A stretch of 64,000 bases of DNA, from positions 1,506-65,505 of the IMG/VR virus record IMGVR_UViG_3300032431_000007, one strand, 5' to 3'. Origin of the DNA: a virus (taxonomy: Duplodnaviria > Caudoviricetes). Each line of letters starts with the position of its first letter. The stretch's first letter is position 1. The position numbers and the translations under genes are program-made. Below are positions 57,899-64,000 of this stretch, piece after piece. The notes under the pieces are model-generated. The model searched no databases. It worked only from the letters and a program-made list of their open reading frames with translations, and was not told the DNA's origin.

Positions 57899-59719
57899 AT
57901 GGCACCAGCACTAAATCCTCGCGACTATCAAGTAGCCGGAGCGGAAGCGCTCTGGCAAGTCGTTCACGAACACCCCGATAAAAATCCGCTCGTTGTGATG
58001 GCAACCGGGCTCGGTAAAAGCTTGAGCATTGGTATGTTTGTATACCAGATGCTCAGCGTTTATCCGCACGTTCGGATTATGGCCGTGACCCACGTTAAGG
58101 AACTCGTGGAGGGCAACTATCGGGCACTGTTAAATCTATGGCCGGGCGCACCGGCGGGCGTCTATAGCGCCGGTCTAGGCCAGCGAGAGACCCGCGCGCA
58201 AGTAACCTACGCCGGGATCGGCTCGGTCGTCAAGCGCGCCGCTTCTTTTGGTCACATCGACTTTCTCATTATCGACGAAGCGCACCGGATCAGCGATAAC
58301 GATAGCGCACAATATTCAAATTTTATTACTGATCTAAAAAGAAAAAATCCTAATTTGATTGTGATAGGCTTTACCGCTACGGCATTTCGAATGAGCTCGG
58401 GATTTCTTACTGACGGTGAACTCTTTGATGTCGAATGCTTTAACATTGGCCACGGCGAGTCTTTTGTGTGGGCTATTGAAAACGGCTACCTTATGCGGCT
58501 TGTTCCAAAGCATCCGGGTTTTCAGCTAGACGACAGCGGCGTTGGAATTATGGCGGGCGACTTTGATAACAAAGCTGCATCGCAGGCTATGAAAGACCAA
58601 GATATTCTTGAGCGAGCAGTCGATACGACGATTGCGTTTGCTAACGAGCAAAACAGGCGGTCTATTCTTGCCTTCTGCCAGTCGATCGAGGACGCCGAAC
58701 TTGTGGCGGATATGTTTCGTTACAAAGGCTTTCCTTTTGAAGCGGTCCATAGCAAGCGAAAAGATCGTGACGAAGTGCTTAAGGATTTTAAGTCTGGTAA
58801 GTTACGCGGCGTCAGCAATCAAAACGTTCTAACAACAGGCTTCGATAATCCTAAAATCGACCTGATAACTATGCTCCGGTTAACGCGGTCGCCCGGCCTT
58901 TGGGTTCAAATGCTGGGCAGGGGCACCCGTCCGGTATTCGCGCCGGGGTATGACATATCAACACTCGATGGAAGAAAGCAGGCTATCCTTGCAGGCCCCA
59001 AGCAAAGTTGCTTGGTTCTAGATTTCGTCGGCAACACCGAGCGGCTTGGCCCGATAAACTATCCTAATCTTCCGCGTAGACGTGGAAGCGGGGCGGGATC
59101 ACTTCCTGTCCGCATGTGCCCGCAATGCAATACTTACTTGCACATTTCTATCAAAACCTGCACTGAATGCGGGTATGAGTTTCCGCCGCCCGAGCGGTTA
59201 AAGCCGCAAGCGTCTGAATCAGAGCTTGTGTCTAGTCAAGTCCTTGATCTTTCGATACAGCCGCCCGCAAAAGAGTTTGGCGTGTTTGCCGTTCATCGAA
59301 TGATATGCAGCCACAACACGGGCAAGGGCGGAAAACTTGATACGATGCGCGTTGATTACTTCAGCGGTGTTCGGCGGTTTAGCACTTGGGTTTGTTTCGA
59401 ACACCTTAAAGACTCCTTTCCGCAAAGGCGGGCGGCGACGTGGTGGAAATCACACCGGGGGCCGATGCCGGTTCCGATTAAGATTGATGACGCTGTTGAT
59501 AAAGCGGCTAATTTAGAAAAGCCTATGTTTGTCCGAGTGTGGCTTAATACGAAGTATCCCGAGATTGATGGATACGACTTTCGTGGGACTAGGTTTGAGT
59601 TGCCCCCGGAGTTAGGCGGGCCACCGTTACAGGCGCCCGAGCCTGATGCAAGCGAGCCGAAGGCTAGTGACTATCCGGCTTACACGGGCGGATACTTTGA
59701 AGGTGAACCGCCTTTTTAG
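57899..59719 (+). CDS. SF2 helicase (RadD/YejH-like) with Zn finger
   Basis: ATGLGKS, DEAH, TAT, QMLGRG, CPQC…CTEC. Confidence 0.92.
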   Translation: MAPALNPRDYQVAGAEALWQVVHEHPDKNPLVVMATGLGKSLSIGMFVYQMLSVYPHVRIMAVTHVKELVEGNYRALLNLWPGAPAGVYSAGLGQRETRAQVTYAGIGSVVKRAASFGHIDFLIIDEAHRISDNDSAQYSNFITDLKRKNPNLIVIGFTATAFRMSSGFLTDGELFDVECFNIGHGESFVWAIENGYLMRLVPKHPGFQLDDSGVGIMAGDFDNKAASQAMKDQDILERAVDTTIAFANEQNRRSILAFCQSIEDAELVADMFRYKGFPFEAVHSKRKDRDEVLKDFKSGKLRGVSNQNVLTTGFDNPKIDLITMLRLTRSPGLWVQMLGRGTRPVFAPGYDISTLDGRKQAILAGPKQSCLVLDFVGNTERLGPINYPNLPRRRGSGAGSLPVRMCPQCNTYLHISIKTCTECGYEFPPPERLKPQASESELVSSQVLDLSIQPPAKEFGVFAVHRMICSHNTGKGGKLDTMRVDYFSGVRRFSTWVCFEHLKDSFPQRRAATWWKSHRGPMPVPIKIDDAVDKAANLEKPMFVRVWLNTKYPEIDGYDFRGTRFELPPELGGPPLQAPEPDASEPKASDYPAYTGGYFEGEPPF

Positions 59720-59728
59720 GAGTTACAA

Positions 59729-59920
59729 ATGATCGACCTTAATAAACTTCACCAACGGATCAGTGCGCTTTTAGAGGAGGCACGGTTCGATCATAGCTGC
59801 CTTAACTGTGAATATTTTAATGAGCCAACAGAGTTATGCGAAGCGCATGGCAATGTCCGGCCACCGGCTAGGGTTCTGGTTAGCGGTTGTGCGACCCATT
59901 GCCCAAAGGTGCCTTTTTGA
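59729..59920 (+). CDS. small Cys-rich protein
   Basis: SCLNC…C…RPPA…GC. Confidence 0.65.
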   Translation: MIDLNKLHQRISALLEEARFDHSCLNCEYFNEPTELCEAHGNVRPPARVLVSGCATHCPKVPF

Positions 59921-59939
59921 CTAGGTGTCATTTTTCCGC

Positions 59940-59968
59940 TTGCTATCCCGTGCGCGGCCTGATAAGAT
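59940..59968 (+). promoter_or_regulatory. sigma70-type promoter
   Basis: TTGCTA-17-TAAGAT. Confidence 0.5.
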
Positions 59969-60005
59969 ACCTTATCGGTAACACCACCGAAACCAGGAGC
60001 CAACT

Positions 60006-60680
60006 ATGGCCAGACAGAAAGTAAAACAAATGGACAACGAAACCATCGAACCTGAAGCGCCCGTCGAAGCCCCTGCCGCCGTCGAGCCGCACCCTGCTGC
60101 CCTTACCCCGGCCGAGCAAGCTATCGCGATGCTTCGCGAAAAGGCCGCTGCCGCTGCCGCTGATCTTCAGGTGAAGCAGGCCGCTGCCGCTGTCGCCGCT
60201 GCCGCTGCCGCCGAGCGCGCGGCTGTTGCCGCTCAGGACCGTGAAGCCCGCAAGCAGCTCGTCGAAGCCAACAAGGCGTTGAAAGCGGCTGAAGGCGAAG
60301 CGAAAAAGGAAGCGCGTGACGCTGCCAAAGCCGTGGCCGAACTCGACAAGCAGGCCAAGACTGACGAGCGCGCGGCGGCAAAGGCCCTGCGGGAAGCAGA
60401 AAAAGCGGCCAAAGAAGCCAACAAAGTTCAGCGCGCTGACCGGATCAAGCAGAACGGTGTCACGATGCCGGTGGCCACGAGCATCTGCGGGCAGGCGTGG
60501 GCGATCTTTAACGCGGTTTCGGGCGCGTTGCAGTCTCCGGCTCCTTACAACGCTTGCACCGATCTGGCGACTGCCTCGGGGATCAATCCGGCAACGCTGA
60601 AGACGCAGTACGCACTGTGGCGCAAGTTCTACGGCGTCCGCAATGTTGCTGTCGCTTCGGGTGCAATCCCCACTTCGTAA
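60006..60680 (+). CDS. Ala/Lys/Glu coiled-coil protein with C-terminal GINxxTxxTQY domain
   Basis: CGQAWAIF…SGINPATLKTQYALW. Confidence 0.75.
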   Translation: MARQKVKQMDNETIEPEAPVEAPAAVEPHPAALTPAEQAIAMLREKAAAAAADLQVKQAAAAVAAAAAAERAAVAAQDREARKQLVEANKALKAAEGEAKKEARDAAKAVAELDKQAKTDERAAAKALREAEKAAKEANKVQRADRIKQNGVTMPVATSICGQAWAIFNAVSGALQSPAPYNACTDLATASGINPATLKTQYALWRKFYGVRNVAVASGAIPTS

Positions 60681-60718
60681 TCGCGCGCTTGAATCCTCCC
60701 GGATAGAGTAGCGTGATA

Positions 60719-60756
60719 AGGCCCACGGCGAATCTTCTCTCGTCGTGGGCTTTTTC
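60719..60756 (+). terminator. intrinsic terminator
   Basis: GGCCCACGGCGA…TCGTCGTGGGCT followed by a T-run. Confidence 0.7.
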
Positions 60757-60777
60757 TTTAACAACTAGGGCATCAAA

Positions 60778-61503
60778 ATGTTGAATACACAACCTATCGC
60801 GAAGCCAGCTTCTGGCGACGGAAGACAGCTTGTCGTCCATTCTATATTCCACACAATCCAAGGTGAGGGGCCGTTCTGCGGCAGACCCGCCGTCTTCGTG
60901 CGCCTGTCGGATTGCAACCTGACTTGTCCACTCTGCGATACGGAATACACTTCCATCCGCATGACAATGACGCCGGTTGAAATCTTCAAGATCATCTCCC
61001 GAACCTTTATACAGGACGGTGGCCTAGTCGTGCTGACTGGCGGCGAGCCGTTCCGACAGCCCGTTGGGATGCTTCTGCGGGCGTTGACCTCGGAGGGGTT
61101 TGCCGTCCAGATCGAGACGAACGGAACGCTGCCCCCGCAAGACTTCATCTACGAGCGCGATCTTATGGGAAGCCCGATGCCGGGGTGCGCTTACATCGTG
61201 TGCAGCCCGAAGACCGGCAAGATAAATCCTGAAACCTTGATGCAGACTTGCGCGCTTAAGTATGTCGCCCGTGCGGATGACCTTGAGGAAGATGACGGGC
61301 TTCCCCGGACGGCGCTCGGACATAGCGCCCATCCCAGACTTGCGCGGCCTCCGTTGTTTTGGCGGCGTCCGGTATACCTCCAGCCTGCCGATGAGCAGGA
61401 CGAGGTTAAGAACCGCGCTAACCGTCTGGCAGTTGCCAAATCCTGTATGCAGTTCGGCTACACGATCCAACTACAGACCCACAAACTCCTAGAACTTGAA
61501 TAA
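60778..61503 (+). CDS. queE: 7-carboxy-7-deazaguanine synthase (radical SAM)
   Basis: TIQGEG, CNLTCPLCDT, TGGEP, ETNG, CSPK, LQTHK. Confidence 0.95.
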   Translation: MLNTQPIAKPASGDGRQLVVHSIFHTIQGEGPFCGRPAVFVRLSDCNLTCPLCDTEYTSIRMTMTPVEIFKIISRTFIQDGGLVVLTGGEPFRQPVGMLLRALTSEGFAVQIETNGTLPPQDFIYERDLMGSPMPGCAYIVCSPKTGKINPETLMQTCALKYVARADDLEEDDGLPRTALGHSAHPRLARPPLFWRRPVYLQPADEQDEVKNRANRLAVAKSCMQFGYTIQLQTHKLLELE

Positions 61504-61515
61504 CGAGGGCAACCA

Positions 61516-62280
61516 ATGGCGGCGAGAAATAATGACGCTTGCGTAGTCGTGCTATCCGGCGGGCAAGACTCGACAACGTGCCTATTCTGGGCAAAAGAAT
61601 TCTACAGCGAGGTCCATGCGGTCACGTTCGACTATGGGCAGCGCCATTCGATCGAGATTGACGCCGCGTTCATCGTCGGTCAAATGGCGGGCGTTGCATC
61701 GCATAAGCTGATAAAGCTCGGTAACATTTTGGAGGGGACAAGCCCGTTGGTTAGCGATGCTCCGCTGGAGCAGTACGCGGATCACCAGTCCCTTCCCGGC
61801 GGTCTTGAAAAGACCTTCGTCCCGATGCGCAATCAGTTGTTCCTTACGGTGGCCGCGAACCGCGCCTACTGTCTTGGAATATCAAATCTGGTGACAGGCG
61901 TCTGCCAAGAAGACAGCGGCGGTTATCCAGATTGTCGGCGGGACTTTATCGAATCGCTGGAAAAGACCAGTCGCATGGGAACATTTACCGGCGAGGACGA
62001 AACACTTCCCTATCTCTACATTATCACGCCGCTGATGTATCTGACAAAAGCCCAAAGCGTTCACATGGCGTTTGCGAACCCAAGGTGCTGGGAGGCGCTG
62101 GCCTATACGCACACCTCCTACGATGGAAAGTATCCGCCGACCGGCCACGATCATGCAACGCTTCTAAGGGCTAAGGGCTTTGAAGAAGCAGGTCGGCCTG
62201 ATCCGCTTGTTCTGCGCGCTTGGCGCCAAGGCGTGATGGACCTCCCGGGAACGGCTAACTATGCGGGGTGCGCGCTTTGA
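61516..62280 (+). CDS. queC: 7-cyano-7-deazaguanine synthase
   Basis: SGGQDSTT, FDYGQRH, VPMRN, YPDCR. Confidence 0.95.
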   Translation: MAARNNDACVVVLSGGQDSTTCLFWAKEFYSEVHAVTFDYGQRHSIEIDAAFIVGQMAGVASHKLIKLGNILEGTSPLVSDAPLEQYADHQSLPGGLEKTFVPMRNQLFLTVAANRAYCLGISNLVTGVCQEDSGGYPDCRRDFIESLEKTSRMGTFTGEDETLPYLYIITPLMYLTKAQSVHMAFANPRCWEALAYTHTSYDGKYPPTGHDHATLLRAKGFEEAGRPDPLVLRAWRQGVMDLPGTANYAGCAL

Positions 62281-62729
62281 CTTATGTTTCCAGCAAGACA
62301 TTCGGCCACGACCTCGGGCTGTCGTGCTGTTTTCGGCAGTGGCGAGCCGATAGTCATTGCCGAATGCTTCACGGCTATGCGCTGGCTATCCATCTTGAGT
62401 TCGAAGCTGACACCCTAGACGACAAGAATTGGGTGGTTGACTTTGGTTCGATGAGAAGCTTAAAGGATATGTTTGGACAGCTTTTCGATCATACACTGAT
62501 CGTTGCGGAAGATGATCCAGACCTCGATACCTTTGTTGATCTTAACGACAAGAACCTTGCAAACGTTGTGTTCGTTGAGAATACAGGGTGCGAAGCGTTT
62601 GCGCGGTTGATCTTTGACATTACAGACGGATGGCTTGAGCAACAAGCTTATACGCCGCGCGTTCGTATGCGAAGCGTAACCGTAAGTGAGCACGGCGCTA
62701 ATAGCGCGACCTATGCAGGATACCCGTGA
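62268..62729 (+). CDS. queD: 6-carboxytetrahydropterin synthase
   Basis: HCRMLHGY, WVVDF, FDH. Confidence 0.9.
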   Translation: MRALTYVSSKTFGHDLGLSCCFRQWRADSHCRMLHGYALAIHLEFEADTLDDKNWVVDFGSMRSLKDMFGQLFDHTLIVAEDDPDLDTFVDLNDKNLANVVFVENTGCEAFARLIFDITDGWLEQQAYTPRVRMRSVTVSEHGANSATYAGYP

Positions 62730-63301
62730 TGCAGAATGACCGCAGGAAAGACCTCGTTACAGAGCTGCTGCATACGTTAGAAACGCAGGTGCATCACACT
62801 GGCCTCCGTGAGGGCTTGCGCGATACGCCGTCCCGCGTTGCTAAAGCTTGGGAGTTCTGGACTTCCGGTTACGACGAAAACGCGGCTGACATTCTCAAGG
62901 TGTTTGAAGATGGAGGAGAAAACTATGACCAAATGGTTATCGTCAAAGATATGCCAGTTTACTCGCACTGTGAGCACCACCTTGCTTCGATATTTGGAAC
63001 CGCAACGGTGGCCTATATCCCCGACGGAAGAATTGTGGGTCTTTCCAAGCTTTCACGGCTGGTCAACTGTCATGCTCGTAGACTCCAGGTCCAAGAAAGA
63101 CTCACCAACGACATCGCAGAAGACCTCTGGACCCACCTAAAGCCCCTCGGTGTCGGCGTGATGCTGAAGTGCCGCCATATGTGTATGGAATCTCGCGGTA
63201 TTCAGCAACAGGGGCACCATACCATCACCAACGCACTGCGCGGCGTCATGCGTTCGGATCGGGACGCCCGCGCCGAGTTTATGGCGGTCGCAAACAGTTA
63301 G
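62726..63301 (+). CDS. folE: GTP cyclohydrolase I
   Basis: TPSRV, CEHH, GLSKL, QVQERLT, HMCM. Confidence 0.96.
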   Translation: MMQNDRRKDLVTELLHTLETQVHHTGLREGLRDTPSRVAKAWEFWTSGYDENAADILKVFEDGGENYDQMVIVKDMPVYSHCEHHLASIFGTATVAYIPDGRIVGLSKLSRLVNCHARRLQVQERLTNDIAEDLWTHLKPLGVGVMLKCRHMCMESRGIQQQGHHTITNALRGVMRSDRDARAEFMAVANS

Positions 63302-63405
63302 CGGCCCGCTGACAGGCGGGGCGGGCAAGGGGTATCTGGCCCGCGCCCGCCCCTGACATCGGGCAAACGACAAGGCCCCTAGGCGGGGCAAACAGGGGCG
63401 CGGGC

Positions 63406-64000
63406 GTGACACTCAAGATTTATATGGCGACAACCTTTTGGTTCGGCCTTGGTAAAGGTCAGCGTGAGTACGGTAAACTCACGGACCCTTATCTAATAGA
63501 GATTGCCGACTCTGTTCCCAATCGGCTTGAGTCTTACCATTATCTTCTTAAAGCTAGAACGCTGCCCGAGTTAAAAGCATCGGGTGAAAAAGTGTTTGTT
63601 GACTCTGGCGCATTTTCGGCTTGGACCTTGGGCGCGGTTATTGATCTTGATGAATACTGCACATTTCTGAAAGATAATGTCGATATAATTCGCTGCGAAG
63701 ATGGGATATACTTGGCCTCCGTCTTGGACGGGATTGGCGATCCGCTTCTGACTTGGCAGAACCAGATAGCTATGGAGCAGCGCGGCGTGAAGCCGCTGCC
63801 TTGCTTCCACTTTGGTGAGGACGAGCGCTACCTTGAGTGGTATATCCAGAACTATAAATACATTACAATCGGCGGCTGCGTAGGGCGCAGTTCCCAAGAC
63901 CTAATGGTTTGGCTCGATCGTATCTGGAGCCGCTACATGATGGATGCGCAGGGCAAAGCTAAACTTAAAGTTCACGGCTTTGGTATTACATCGGTTCCGA
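63406..64000 (+). CDS. dpdA: DpdA-like DNA 7-deazaguanine transglycosylase (runs off the window end)
   Basis: Translated by eye: LESYHY, VFVDSGAFSAW, VLDGIGD, PCFH, IGG, KVHGFG (TGT fold); follows the preQ0 genes. Confidence 0.85.
   Translation, partial: MTLKIYMATTFWFGLGKGQREYGKLTDPYLIEIADSVPNRLESYHYLLKARTLPELKASGEKVFVDSGAFSAWTLGAVIDLDEYCTFLKDNVDIIRCEDGIYLASVLDGIGDPLLTWQNQIAMEQRGVKPLPCFHFGEDERYLEWYIQNYKYITIGGCVGRSSQDLMVWLDRIWSRYMMDAQGKAKLKVHGFGITSVP

Noticed and set aside
60681-60777. preQ1 riboswitch upstream of queE
   Set aside because: No preQ1 consensus seen; the hairpin plus U-tract is an ordinary terminator.
63302-63405. Second GAR-free patch before dpdA
   Set aside because: Only about 100 bp and very GC-rich with inverted repeats, so too weak to claim.
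1-64000. tRNA genes, integrase/repressor module, introns or inteins
   Set aside because: None recognisable; terminase, helicase and the visible polymerase part have normal uninterrupted lengths. tRNAscan was not run.

Overview
The window is most of the genome of a lytic-looking, contractile-tailed dsDNA phage of an alphaproteobacterial host. A VPLPA-CTERM protein points to Rhodobacteraceae. The very Cys-rich HK97 head / Mu-like tail module resembles Agrobacterium phages 7-7-1 and Milano. Layout: 1-4.4 kb (+) PolA C-terminus, DNA ligase and small genes; 4.4-35.4 kb (-) lysis, tail, baseplate, head and packaging genes plus a NusG/KOW factor; 35.9-36.6 kb non-coding with four phased palindromes; 36.7-40.2 kb (+) small early genes; 41.5-44 kb (-) primase-helicase next to an AT-rich origin-like region; 44-54 kb (+) many small accessory genes, including several paralog sets; 54-60 kb recombination/replication genes; 60.8-64 kb a 7-deazaguanine DNA-modification cluster (queE, queC, queD, folE, dpdA). 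The most striking observation, read by eye, is a ~1.3 kb island (36626-37918) with no GAA or GAG on either strand. It holds two genes whose proteins contain no glutamate and use only TTT for Phe. The first looks like an Asp-for-Glu paralog of the gene just upstream of queE. The island is flanked by phased palindromes and a simple-repeat tract. I infer a modification-free, first-expressed cassette linked to the DpdA system; this is untested. No tRNA, integrase or CRISPR array was seen. All calls are from motif recognition without database searches.
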